IMG/VR virus record: IMGVR_UViG_3300037086_000474
Span: 48,463-112,462 of that record
Direction: 5' to 3' (one strand)
Origin: a virus
Length of the DNA: 64,000 nucleotides
Shown one piece after another: positions 10,281 to 19,923 of this stretch; positions within the stretch are counted from its first letter, which is position 1, and each line of letters starts with the position of its first letter. Position numbers and translations under genes: made by a program. The notes beneath the pieces are model-generated. The model had not been told where the DNA came from. It saw only the letters and a list, made by a program, of their open reading frames with translations, and searched no databases.

Positions 10281-12392
10281 ATGCTTACGACTTTTCAGAT
10301 CAAAAATACGAGTGGCTCATCAATCTTTATAAGCGAACTTAGTCTCACCATTCCTGCAAGTAGTTATGCAACCGTAACTAACGAGGATGTTTGGGAAGCG
10401 AACGCCTCTGGTGATTTGAGAGGTTTCATCAATGCTGGTACCACAATCATCAACAATGGTTCAGATCTAAATCAAGCCGACAGCCTTTCCTTCCTTGATG
10501 ACACTCTTTATCTCAAAACCATTTTTTCTGTTTTAGGTCACACCCACCCTGGAACGTATGAACCAGTACTTGGAAATCCAGCAAGCAGTGGCTATGTTCT
10601 TTCTTCAACTACTGCCGGAGTAAGATCTTGGGTGTCAAATATGAGTTACACCCTTCCAGCAGCTACGACTTCTACTCTTGGTGGAGTGATCATTGGAACT
10701 AATATTTCAGTTTCTGCCGGAACGATTTCGATCGCTTCTATTCCTTGGTCAATTGTTGCCTCTACTCCAACCACAATCTCTGGTTATGGAATAGTTCTTA
10801 CTTCTTCCAACATTACTACTGCTCTTGGGTATACTCCAATCAACTCCAACCTCGTTGGAGCAGCTAGTGGTCTTGCTACTTTAGATGGAACAGGAAAACT
10901 CACGACTGCACAAATACCCGCGTCTCTTGTTGGAGCCCTAGTTTATCAAGGAACCTGGAATGCTTCTACAAATACTCCCACCTTAACTTCTGGAGTTGGA
11001 ACAAAGGGGTGGTATTACAAGGTTTCTGTTGCAGGAACTACTAGTCTTGATGGTTTTGCCAATTGGGGAGTAGGAGATCTTGTTATTTTTGATGGAACAA
11101 CTTGGGATGGTGTAGAAGACACAGAAAATGTAGTTACGTCATTCAACACAAGATATGGTGCCGTCACGCTCACATCTTCAGATGTAACAACGGCCCTAAC
11201 CTACACTCCCTACAATTCAACAAATCCAGCGGGGTATATAACGGCAGCCACCTTACCAACAGCATCAACCACTGTTCTTGGTGGAGTAAAGATTGATGGT
11301 ACTACAATAATAATTTCTAGTGGAGTGATTAGTCACCCACTTGCTGGAACCGGAACTACCAACTCTTCTGCACATAGTGACCACACTCATACAAATGCAA
11401 GTGGAATTGGTGGCCCATATGAATTAGCTCTTGGAAACCCAGGAACAAGTGGATATATTTTGTCTTCGACAACTACTGGAATTAGATCTTGGGTTGCCTC
11501 CGCCTATACGCTTCCAGCAGCTACAATTTCTACTCTCGGTGGAATTATTGTAGGAACAGGTCTGGGAGTATCCACTGGAACAATTAGCGTTTCATATGCT
11601 GGAACTGGAACTGCTACCTCGGCAGCCCACTCCGACCATACACACTCTGGAACATATGAACCCGTACTCGGAAATCCTGGAACGAATGGATATGTTGTTT
11701 CTTCGACAACTGCTGGTGTTAGATCTTGGATCGCTCCAAGTTCCTATACTCTTCCGACGGCCTCTACTACAGTGCTTGGAGGAGTGAAGGTTGATGGAAC
11801 TTCAATCACAATTACTAATGGCGTTATTTCAACGAAAAACTTTTCGCTCAACGACATATACAATAATGGAACCACAATCACCACTGGAGCAGGTGCTTTT
11901 AATTTAGACTCGGCCAACGGATATGCCCCTCTACAAATTGGTCCTGAGACGTCTGCACCAACTGCTGGACTTGCAGCGGGACAAATTTGTACTTATGATA
12001 ACACACTTTTTATGTATGATGCAGTTAGAGGCCATTGGCTTTCTGTTGATAGCGTGGCCTTTTCGGCAGCTATAGTTGGTTCGAGTGTTAAGAACTCTTA
12101 TATGCTCGTTCACGGAGACAGTTGTTCAGCAACAGTAGGGTATGTAATGCCATTTAATGGAACAATTGTTATGATGGGAGCAGTTTCATCTTCAGCAACT
12201 AGCAATAGTTTTGCGATCTATAGGAGTGGGGCATCTTTGGTGAGTTTGGCGTGGAGTGGAGTTGCCTCGGTCTATTCAAACACGACTAATGCAGATTTTT
12301 CTGCTGGTGACATACTCTCACCCTATATTAGTGGCACATCCAACTATTGTACAAATCCAGTCTGTTGGTTCAGCGTCAGAAGGAGAATATAA
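10281..12392 (+). CDS. fibre protein, short paralogue of 2597..10264
   Basis: Same LPxATxxxLGGV repeats, one GWYYKVSV module, HSDHTH motifs, related C-terminal YDxxRGxWL domain. Confidence 0.8.
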   Translation: MLTTFQIKNTSGSSIFISELSLTIPASSYATVTNEDVWEANASGDLRGFINAGTTIINNGSDLNQADSLSFLDDTLYLKTIFSVLGHTHPGTYEPVLGNPASSGYVLSSTTAGVRSWVSNMSYTLPAATTSTLGGVIIGTNISVSAGTISIASIPWSIVASTPTTISGYGIVLTSSNITTALGYTPINSNLVGAASGLATLDGTGKLTTAQIPASLVGALVYQGTWNASTNTPTLTSGVGTKGWYYKVSVAGTTSLDGFANWGVGDLVIFDGTTWDGVEDTENVVTSFNTRYGAVTLTSSDVTTALTYTPYNSTNPAGYITAATLPTASTTVLGGVKIDGTTIIISSGVISHPLAGTGTTNSSAHSDHTHTNASGIGGPYELALGNPGTSGYILSSTTTGIRSWVASAYTLPAATISTLGGIIVGTGLGVSTGTISVSYAGTGTATSAAHSDHTHSGTYEPVLGNPGTNGYVVSSTTAGVRSWIAPSSYTLPTASTTVLGGVKVDGTSITITNGVISTKNFSLNDIYNNGTTITTGAGAFNLDSANGYAPLQIGPETSAPTAGLAAGQICTYDNTLFMYDAVRGHWLSVDSVAFSAAIVGSSVKNSYMLVHGDSCSATVGYVMPFNGTIVMMGAVSSSATSNSFAIYRSGASLVSLAWSGVASVYSNTTNADFSAGDILSPYISGTSNYCTNPVCWFSVRRRI

Positions 12393-12394
12393 AA

Positions 12395-13252
12395 ATGGCT
12401 CAACGAATTATCAAAAACTATACTAATCAAGATTTAATTTTAATCGATTTAGGAGACGTTGTCATTCCCGCTAATGGAGCCACAGATATCGGTGGTGAAG
12501 AAAATAAACTCATTCAGCTCGCCTCTTCAAACGATTTGATTGCTGCGATTGGTCAAGGTATCAATAAATATCAAGTAAACGATGGAATGAAAGACATGTC
12601 TTTTTCTGAGGGTATTGATTGTATTAGAAAGATACAAGTTCCCACACTGAGAGACCCTCAAGGAAGATGGCGAGTTAGAGCAGACTCAATTCCTACAAAC
12701 TATGACGTTCAATTTACTGGTTCTGGCGATAATTTAACAACTCGAGAAATTTGTGGAGGAGAGCCACTATACTGGAATTTTCACGGGGATGAACATGAGG
12801 TCACCGAAGGCGTACCAAGTGGATATCGAAGAAAAAGAATAGATTTTCAATTTATAGATGGTGTATATGTCAAAGACGGAATTATCAAATACGTCGGCGC
12901 ACCCCCCTCGTCATACATAGATATGATGTTGGTTTGTCCCACGGGCTATTATTACGATAAAAAATGGGTTGATGACGGTGGCAACATATCTTGGACTTAT
13001 CATGAGGCAACCGAAGATACTGTTTTCGCTTGTTGGGTGAATAAGTTTTGGATATACGGCGACGACGATTGTACTTTGGGAACAGAAACTGCTTCTGATA
13101 TACTTGCTCCAGAGTATTTGATCTGGAGAATAGAAATCACGGCGCCCGCGGATATGCCTGATACTGTTCCATTTCACGACATCACAGGATTGCACGGTAC
13201 ATGTATTTTTCAACTTTATCGAGCGAGAACAATCGCTTGGCCCGCGGAGTAG
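12395..13252 (+). CDS. putative virion protein sharing an N-terminal domain with 10281..12392
   Basis: AGGAG then ATG 12395; IKN..LILIDL..VIPA..S.DL..I..G pattern matches the N-terminus of the 703-aa fibre. Confidence 0.6.
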   Translation: MAQRIIKNYTNQDLILIDLGDVVIPANGATDIGGEENKLIQLASSNDLIAAIGQGINKYQVNDGMKDMSFSEGIDCIRKIQVPTLRDPQGRWRVRADSIPTNYDVQFTGSGDNLTTREICGGEPLYWNFHGDEHEVTEGVPSGYRRKRIDFQFIDGVYVKDGIIKYVGAPPSSYIDMMLVCPTGYYYDKKWVDDGGNISWTYHEATEDTVFACWVNKFWIYGDDDCTLGTETASDILAPEYLIWRIEITAPADMPDTVPFHDITGLHGTCIFQLYRARTIAWPAE

Positions 13253-13279
13253 GTTTTATCAAACTATAGGAGTAAAAAA

Positions 13280-13465
13280 ATGATTGAAGGATTTTATTTT
13301 TTTGATTGGAAAGACTTAACCGAAGAACAGACAGCAGACATCATTGAATTTATGACTTCTGGAGGAAAACAAAGGCTTCAGTCTGATAGAAAGTTTATCA
13401 ATATGCAGAAGATGAGTAACTTCTTGAGAAGAAATCCTGATCTATCACAATACTTTGTAGGATGA
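13280..13465 (+). CDS. hypothetical protein
   Basis: AGGAG SD, 61 aa. Confidence 0.6.
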   Translation: MIEGFYFFDWKDLTEEQTADIIEFMTSGGKQRLQSDRKFINMQKMSNFLRRNPDLSQYFVG

Positions 13466-13496
13466 CAAGTAAAGATAATCTAGTAAGGAGTTCAAT

Positions 13497-13934
13497 ATGC
13501 CAGATACACCAGTTGTTCCAATCACACCACCAACGTCACCAGTATTGCCTGGACCAACAGTTCAAGATATACAAAAACAAATTGAAGAGCTCAGAAACTC
13601 ACTTCTGTCTCAAGATCAGGGAGATCAGGGAGTAGAAGTTGGAGCAGCGCCCACAGTGGGAGGAATACCGGTAAAGACCGATAGTACTTCTAAGTGGATG
13701 ATCAATATTTCATTTGTTGTTTTTGGACTCTGTGGAGTAGTTGGATCAGTGTGGCAGGGATTTGATATGACTAAATATACTCAGTTCTTGCAGACATTTG
13801 CCTATATTTGGGCGCCACTTGTTGTTGCAGTCGGTGGAGGTCGTGCTTTCAAGAATTGGGTCAGCAAGAAATATGTGCCACCCGAGACACCATTAAATCC
13901 ATCTGTTCCTGCATCAGTTGCGGGCGGAAAATAG
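13497..13934 (+). CDS. two-TM membrane protein, holin candidate
   Basis: Hydrophobic segments WMINISFVVFGLCGVVGSVW and FAYIWAPLVVAVGGG; own AAGATA promoter and AAGGAG SD. Confidence 0.45.
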   Translation: MPDTPVVPITPPTSPVLPGPTVQDIQKQIEELRNSLLSQDQGDQGVEVGAAPTVGGIPVKTDSTSKWMINISFVVFGLCGVVGSVWQGFDMTKYTQFLQTFAYIWAPLVVAVGGGRAFKNWVSKKYVPPETPLNPSVPASVAGGK

Positions 13935-13943
13935 GGAATTTAT

Positions 13944-14240
13944 ATGAAATGGATCCTTACGTTGGAGGAAAATGGCTATGAGATCCGTTATTGGGATCAA
14001 ATTACTGAGCAAATCGGTGAATCAATAGCCACTAATTGGAACAAAAAAAGGCTTTATGAGACTCTGTTAGAAAGCGGCTTCAACATCAAGAAAGAAGATC
14101 TGAAGGAGGCCTTCAGCATACTTGATAGTGGTGAGAGGCCTTTTGTTGTATTAACTTCTTTGTCGAAGGGTCCCATCGACCTGGACACCTTTATTCACGA
14201 CCAATTTGTCATCGACAAAGAAACTCAAGATGGAAAATAA
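13944..14240 (+). CDS. hypothetical protein
   Basis: 98-aa ORF in operon. Confidence 0.65.
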   Translation: MKWILTLEENGYEIRYWDQITEQIGESIATNWNKKRLYETLLESGFNIKKEDLKEAFSILDSGERPFVVLTSLSKGPIDLDTFIHDQFVIDKETQDGK

Positions 14241-14466
14241 TGAAAAAATACTCGCGACCCATTATTTAGAGCAAGTTGCTATAGGGTTGGAAGATTTTGG
14301 TAGATTCAAAGAATTATTTAATGCTGAACACATATATTCGTTCTATGTCAAAGACAAAAGAGTCGATGGCACGAAAGTAATACTTAGTGTTCGAGCGATG
14401 AGGATCAATGAATTTGCTGATCTTCTTCGCGCAAATAAAATCGAGTACGAAGTATTAGATCAATAG
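14230..14466 (+). CDS. hypothetical protein
   Basis: Probable ATG 14230 (MENNEKIL), overlapping the previous gene. Confidence 0.6.
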   Translation: MENNEKILATHYLEQVAIGLEDFGRFKELFNAEHIYSFYVKDKRVDGTKVILSVRAMRINEFADLLRANKIEYEVLDQ

Positions 14467-14475
14467 GAGATCATA

Positions 14476-15171
14476 ATGAAAAGGTCATCGAAAAAGTTGG
14501 AACTCTATAAGGAAGAGAAGCAAGAAGTTCTCAATAGAATTCTGAAACTTTATAAAGATTGGGCTTCTTCCAAGGGACAAAAGGCCATTCAAGAAATGAA
14601 AATGACTCTCAATGAGGCAATTACTAGCCCAATTAATTTCTTGAAGATAGTTGAGAAGATGGGATCAGATGGAAAAACGATGCTAGATATCTATGGTAAA
14701 GAATGGACACGATTTGGAAAAAGTCCCCTAGAGGCCAAAAAGAACATAATTAAGACATTAGTCAAAGAAAATAAGATGAGAGCCCTAAAAGAAGACAAAA
14801 ACGATGGATCTGTCGTTGGTGAGTTTGGATTGGCCTATTACCCCATTACTGATAGATCAAATGCAATGGAATCTGCAGTAGATTTGAATGACCGTGATAT
14901 TGTTATCCAAATTAGACATGCTATCACTGGTGGCAATATGGAAATTGCCAAGCAATTGATTTTGAGTTCTTGGGGCAGTCTGACTCTTAATGACCGCAAT
15001 AGTTTAATTGAGTGGATTAATGGAATGCAACAGTACAATGCGTTTGAAAATGCTCCAGAAAAGGGCAGAAAGTTGCTAATTAAGCCATTAAAGACTAAAA
15101 ATGAAATGCCAAAAGATGAATTCGCTGAAAGATTTGTTAAAACAGCAATTGAAAACATGAAAATTAGTTAG
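14476..15171 (+). CDS. hypothetical protein
   Basis: AGGAG SD, 231 aa, K/E-rich. Confidence 0.7.
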   Translation: MKRSSKKLELYKEEKQEVLNRILKLYKDWASSKGQKAIQEMKMTLNEAITSPINFLKIVEKMGSDGKTMLDIYGKEWTRFGKSPLEAKKNIIKTLVKENKMRALKEDKNDGSVVGEFGLAYYPITDRSNAMESAVDLNDRDIVIQIRHAITGGNMEIAKQLILSSWGSLTLNDRNSLIEWINGMQQYNAFENAPEKGRKLLIKPLKTKNEMPKDEFAERFVKTAIENMKIS

Positions 15172-15178
15172 ACCTTGC

Positions 15179-16551
15179 GTGAACTATTGTAATCTTGCGA
15201 TTACGTTTTCCTGTTTCATAGAAGCATGGCTTGGAACTAATCGCTTAGATCTAGAGGTCTTCTTCTCCACAGGCTTTACTTCGGGAGGTTCCATCCCTAG
15301 TTGTTTTATTCCGTAATTTGCCAGATTTGTCCCAGCATTTTGGTCTCTATCTAAATAGGCACCACAGCTGGGACAATTCCAACTTCTTTCCTGCAGCATC
15401 AAATCCTTTTTTACATACCCACAACTCGAACAAGTTTTACTGGATGCAAACCACTTGTCCGCTTGAATGAGTGTTTTATCATTCCATAGTGTTTTGTATT
15501 TTAGTTTCTGTACGAACGTTGCATATCCAAGATCTGATACTGATTTTCCAAGTTTTAGTGCCTGTTTCATTCCGGCAAGTGATAAACTTTCTACCACTAT
15601 AACATCATATTCTTTTACCAGTCTCAAACTCAATTTGTCTATGAAATCTAGTCTCTGTCGTGCAATATGCTCATGAATTTTAGCTAATCTAATTCTAGCT
15701 TTTTCTTGATTTTTACTTCCGTTGATTTTCCGAGAGTATTGTCTTTGTTTTTTAGCTAGAACAGCTTGTGAGTTTCTGTAATGTTTCGTATATTCCGGTG
15801 AATTCCCATATTGATCTACATAAAACTTGTCCAATGAACAATCGAGTCCAAGAACTTTTATATCTTGATCTAAGATTTGATGGCCTTTGAAATCTTGTTC
15901 TCCTTTGAACAAAATGGAAGCAAAATATTTTCCAGATGAAGTTTTTGTAATCGTTATGTTTTTGACTTCTGCCTCATAGAACCATGGTTTTATCACCCTA
16001 TGTCTGAAGTTTATGGATTTTATTTTAGGTAACTTTATCGTTTTTTCATTCAAGTTGATTTCAGAGCGCATTGTTCTATACGAACAAGTGTGTTTTTTCT
16101 TTTTGAAATTAGGATATCCAACTTTTTGCCCCTTTCTCATACCTTTTAAAGATTTGAAAAAGTTCATATAAGCTATTGATAGGTCTATTCTAGATTGTTG
16201 AAGAGCGACGGCATCCGCCTCTTCCAACCATTCAAACTCTTTTTTATAATCCTTTTCAGTTTTATGTTTATGTTTGTAGAGTTCAACTTTATTATTTTTC
16301 AGACGTTCATATGTTTCAATTCTCTCTGCCAACATCTGATTGTACAGAAATCTACAACATCCAAGAGTTTTATTGATCTGAATTTGTTGCTTTGAAGTAG
16401 GGTAAATTCTGACTTTTAGAGATCTATTTATGTTCATAAGTTGAAACTTCTATACACATATCTTATGTATTTTTGTGAAAAGATATATTTGATTTGTCGA
16501 AATTTATGCAAATACACCCATTATATGCAAGTATGCATTAGTGATCCTTGC
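15179..16551 (-). mobile_element. TnpB-only (IS1341-like) element; boundaries inferred
   Basis: Minus-strand TTCAC directly after the tnpB stop (right-end-like); TATGCAAG/CTTGCATA hairpin upstream; no tnpA in window. Confidence 0.55.
15184..16437 (-). CDS. tnpB: IS200/IS605-family RNA-guided nuclease TnpB
   Basis: N-terminal KVRIYPT...GCCRFLYN; RuvC I GLD, RuvC II VVESL, Zn finger CSSCG...CPSCG, RuvC III DRDQNA. Confidence 0.93.
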   Translation of the reverse strand: MNINRSLKVRIYPTSKQQIQINKTLGCCRFLYNQMLAERIETYERLKNNKVELYKHKHKTEKDYKKEFEWLEEADAVALQQSRIDLSIAYMNFFKSLKGMRKGQKVGYPNFKKKKHTCSYRTMRSEINLNEKTIKLPKIKSINFRHRVIKPWFYEAEVKNITITKTSSGKYFASILFKGEQDFKGHQILDQDIKVLGLDCSLDKFYVDQYGNSPEYTKHYRNSQAVLAKKQRQYSRKINGSKNQEKARIRLAKIHEHIARQRLDFIDKLSLRLVKEYDVIVVESLSLAGMKQALKLGKSVSDLGYATFVQKLKYKTLWNDKTLIQADKWFASSKTCSSCGYVKKDLMLQERSWNCPSCGAYLDRDQNAGTNLANYGIKQLGMEPPEVKPVEKKTSRSKRLVPSHASMKQENVIARLQ

Positions 16552-16583
16552 ATACTTTTAATATAAAGTTGTGAGGTCTCGCT

Positions 16584-16964
16584 TTGGATAGTATTGTATA
16601 TTGTGAATTAATAAATCCCAAGTCTCATATTGATGCGCAAAAGGGTATTTTGAGCTTTTACCTTACAGGTGGCTTGGTCCTAAATTCATTAGAAAGAAAA
16701 ATTGTACAAACTGGAATCAGACTCAAGGTTGATTCCAGTTTTATTTTAATAATCAAGAGCGATTCCTACTTAGAAAAGACCAACGGCATTTTTACATTCC
16801 CTACCTTTATTTACCCCACATACACTGATGAAATTCTCCTCACATTAGCCAATCTCAGCACCGCGAGGATGGTGATAGCAGTTGACACGAGAATAGCTGA
16901 GGGATGTGTCATCCCATTCACAAACATTCTTCTCAAACAAGTCCACAACATTTCACATCTTTAA
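16584..16964 (+). CDS. degenerate trimeric dUTPase-fold protein
   Basis: RKIVQTGI, IYPTYTDEILLTLAN and TRIAEG match the dUTPase scaffold, but canonical RSG and IDxDYRG motifs are altered; TTG start. Confidence 0.55.
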   Translation: MDSIVYCELINPKSHIDAQKGILSFYLTGGLVLNSLERKIVQTGIRLKVDSSFILIIKSDSYLEKTNGIFTFPTFIYPTYTDEILLTLANLSTARMVIAVDTRIAEGCVIPFTNILLKQVHNISHL

Positions 16965-16990
16965 TAAAAATTGTTTTCCGGAGCGTTAAT

Positions 16991-17350
16991 ATGGAAATCA
17001 CAAACGAAAAAAGCGAATTTACTAAAGAACTCTTCATTTTCCTGAAGTATAATCTAATAGTGAACGGCCCAAGCTTCACCGAAACAGACGAACTCCTTTA
17101 TCAAGAATTTCTCAAGAAAATTGCATCTTTGCAACACGACTTGAGAGAATCAGATTCAGCAGCAAGTGAAACACTTGGATCTATTATGGCGATGTTTGGT
17201 TTCAGCAGGCACTACTGTAGCATTTCTGGAAAGCCAATTATTGGAAAGTATTACAAAATTGGCAACAGAATAGTCAGTCAAGAAGCCTATGAATCATATA
17301 TGATCGTAAAGGAACTTGAAGGAAGAACTAGTATAGGCACCAAGGAGTAA
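16991..17350 (+). CDS. hypothetical protein
   Basis: GGAG SD before MEITNEKS; CSISGKPI motif. Confidence 0.65.
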   Translation: MEITNEKSEFTKELFIFLKYNLIVNGPSFTETDELLYQEFLKKIASLQHDLRESDSAASETLGSIMAMFGFSRHYCSISGKPIIGKYYKIGNRIVSQEAYESYMIVKELEGRTSIGTKE

Positions 17351-17357
17351 CACCACT

Positions 17358-17963
17358 ATGAATGAAAATATGGAAGACTTCGTAGATGAAGTCTTGACTG
17401 GCAGAAAGAAAAAGAAAGACACTGAAATCAAAGAAAGCGTAGTTAATGTAAAGAAATTATTTGAACAAGACGATGAAGCGGATAAGACGGATCAGTCAGC
17501 AACTTCTGACAATAGTAAGGTCACTATTGGAGGGAAAGAAGATGCGCCAAAGGATCCTAGATTTAAGGGTGAAACAAAAGTCATGACAATTAAACTTTCT
17601 ATTGGAGACAAGGACTATTCACCAATAGAGCTTTCAAAACAAACGTATGAAAAGACGGCCATAACAGATTTTAGTTCCCTTGTCAGCATGTTCGATATAG
17701 ACAAGAGGAAACTAGTAGCACAAGATTCCAGTCCAACATCATTCACGCTGACAACAGAAGAATCAGTATCTCGATCAGGAAATAACTCAGTTTCAATTTC
17801 TCTCACAAGCAATACAGACCAAACAATCAGCGCCAAGGTAACGCTGAATGGAGAGAGTACGGCTTTTGATCTCTTAGACTCAGCAGTGAAACATTTCGAC
17901 CAATTATTCCTGGACAACATTATCAAGACGGTTGATAAAGAACTGCAGAGTGAAAATGGGTAA
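17358..17963 (+). CDS. hypothetical protein
   Basis: AAGGAG SD, 201 aa. Confidence 0.7.
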   Translation: MNENMEDFVDEVLTGRKKKKDTEIKESVVNVKKLFEQDDEADKTDQSATSDNSKVTIGGKEDAPKDPRFKGETKVMTIKLSIGDKDYSPIELSKQTYEKTAITDFSSLVSMFDIDKRKLVAQDSSPTSFTLTTEESVSRSGNNSVSISLTSNTDQTISAKVTLNGESTAFDLLDSAVKHFDQLFLDNIIKTVDKELQSENG

Positions 17964-18678
17964 TCATTATTTTAATAACGCTGAAGTCCAGGGATGGATC
18001 GAACAATTTTTAGCCATTCCTGTCGAAAAGAGAGACACTAATCAAAAAGCTTTACTGATAAGAGAAAAAATTTTTAAAGAAGTCAGCAAGATCATCAATG
18101 GCATTATTTTCAAACACAAATTTACTGTCTGGGAGCAGTATGATGACCTATTTCAAGAAGCTGCCGAGGCATGTATTAAGGCGCTTCCGAAGTTCAATCC
18201 GAACTTCATTACAAGCAATGGATCAAAAGCCACTGCTTTTAACTACTTTTCTTTGACTGCAAAGAGATGCTTGAAGTTCTATACAATCAAAAACAAGAAG
18301 CATCGCAATAATCTTCCTATGGAAGAATATGGGCATGAATTGATTCTCGAGGACACGAATGACAGAATGTCACTCAACACTGTTTGGAGCGATTTTATAG
18401 CCTCAGTAGTTAAGATTTTCAATAGTCCTAAAAACAAGAAATTTCTACCATTGATAGAGATCTTAAGAGAGTATCTCGACAAAATGGGCAATTTCAATAA
18501 GAGAGACTTCTTTAGATTTGCCAAATCGTACGGCTGGTCACCAAACCTGATCAGAAAATTCCTCAAGATCATGAAGGACCACAAAGACAAGATCTACAAA
18601 GACAACCATGCAGTATCCTCAAATCATCAACCTTATGTTTCCAGGAGCAAAGATAATAGTTATTCGGAGGTGAATTAA
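17956..18678 (+). CDS. phage sigma factor, T4 gp55-like (late transcription)
   Basis: HYFNN N-terminus; sigma region-2-like YDDLFQEAAEACIKALPKFNP...AFNYFSLTAKR. Confidence 0.75.
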   Translation: MGNHYFNNAEVQGWIEQFLAIPVEKRDTNQKALLIREKIFKEVSKIINGIIFKHKFTVWEQYDDLFQEAAEACIKALPKFNPNFITSNGSKATAFNYFSLTAKRCLKFYTIKNKKHRNNLPMEEYGHELILEDTNDRMSLNTVWSDFIASVVKIFNSPKNKKFLPLIEILREYLDKMGNFNKRDFFRFAKSYGWSPNLIRKFLKIMKDHKDKIYKDNHAVSSNHQPYVSRSKDNSYSEVN

Positions 18679-19754
18679 TGAGTGATTCAATTATAGAAGT
18701 AATCGACAAAATGGGCGGAAAGAGACCTTGGACCACTGAAACAGACCTCGACAAAATACGCCAGGAGCTGAAAATCATTTCTGGTGAAGAAAGGTTTCAA
18801 GGAACCATAGATACTTATCAGGCTCTAAAAAGAGTTGTCGATGCTGTTATTGATGGAAGATTTAACGACTACCGCAGTTTTTTCAAAGTCGATATAGCCG
18901 ATCTAGCAAAAGAAGTTAAGAAAGTTATTGCTAAAATGAATAAGGCTGATGTCGAAATAATTATTAACGCTCACGATGAAAAGGGTATGACCAAGAATGA
19001 AAAGGCTGTTTTCGAGTTCGCCTCGCAAATAGAAGACGTGTTGTTTAGAAAAACAATCGGCAATAAATATATGTCGTCAAGTGAGAATGCCACCTCAATG
19101 GAAACGGTAAGTAAGAGAGCTTATAATATGATTCCATTGAGAATGAGTGTCGATGGGAAGCATGTTTATGGTTATATAACTGCTCCACAGGGAATTATTA
19201 CCTGGCAGAAGAACATAAAGGCATTTGATGTTCTTGGGGATCTTGAAACAGATGTCGATTCGACTCCTAATTTAACAGATCAACAGAAGGAAAGAATCGA
19301 TAAAGTAAATCTTAGAAAGAAGAACGGAGAACTGACACCAAAAGAAGCCAAAGAATTAATTGGGGCTATCAAGGGGCCAGCTCCAAAAAAGAGAAACTGG
19401 GATGAGCTTTCAGATGAAGAAAAAAAGATGAAATCCATGACAATCAAAGACAAGATGGGAACTTTTGGCCAACTCCCTTATAAACTGCCTCTGATGCAAA
19501 ATGATGACGGAACTTATAAGGTTGAGATGAACAAACACACTAGAGAGATTTTGGATAGATATAACATCATGTTCAATGATACCGAACCGGCCAAGAAGAA
19601 GCTCTTGATGACCGTTATTTCAATACTCAAGAAGAGCAAGAAATATGGTTCCCTTGGTAAAGAAGAAATTAATAATCTATTCAAATATCATGGAGTAAAA
19701 ACTTTTGCAACCGAAAACACTACGTTCTGGGATGCTGTTAGGTCGCTTGTTTAA
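18678..19754 (+). CDS. hypothetical protein
   Basis: GGAGG SD, 358 aa. Confidence 0.75.
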   Translation: MSDSIIEVIDKMGGKRPWTTETDLDKIRQELKIISGEERFQGTIDTYQALKRVVDAVIDGRFNDYRSFFKVDIADLAKEVKKVIAKMNKADVEIIINAHDEKGMTKNEKAVFEFASQIEDVLFRKTIGNKYMSSSENATSMETVSKRAYNMIPLRMSVDGKHVYGYITAPQGIITWQKNIKAFDVLGDLETDVDSTPNLTDQQKERIDKVNLRKKNGELTPKEAKELIGAIKGPAPKKRNWDELSDEEKKMKSMTIKDKMGTFGQLPYKLPLMQNDDGTYKVEMNKHTREILDRYNIMFNDTEPAKKKLLMTVISILKKSKKYGSLGKEEINNLFKYHGVKTFATENTTFWDAVRSLV

Positions 19755-19901
19755 GAATTTGACACTGACCAATGACGAATGGGACCAGCTCTACAAAGAT
19801 TTTGAAGATGCTGTTCCCAAGTGGCAAATTTGTCGAAAGTATCACATCAAAACAGGTTATTACAAAGTGTTGAAGAAATATGTAATGGGCGAAATTAGAT
19901 G

Positions 19902-19921
19902 ATGGGGCTGTCAAGCCCCAT
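19902..19921. terminator. hairpin between convergent genes
   Basis: atggggct-gtca-agccccat. Confidence 0.7.
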
Positions 19922-19923
19922 TT

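Noticed and set aside
2597-12392. Repeats as a CRISPR array or a diversity-generating retroelement target
   Set aside because: Repeats are in-frame coding modules with no unique spacers; no reverse transcriptase or adenine-specific template/variable repeat pair was seen.
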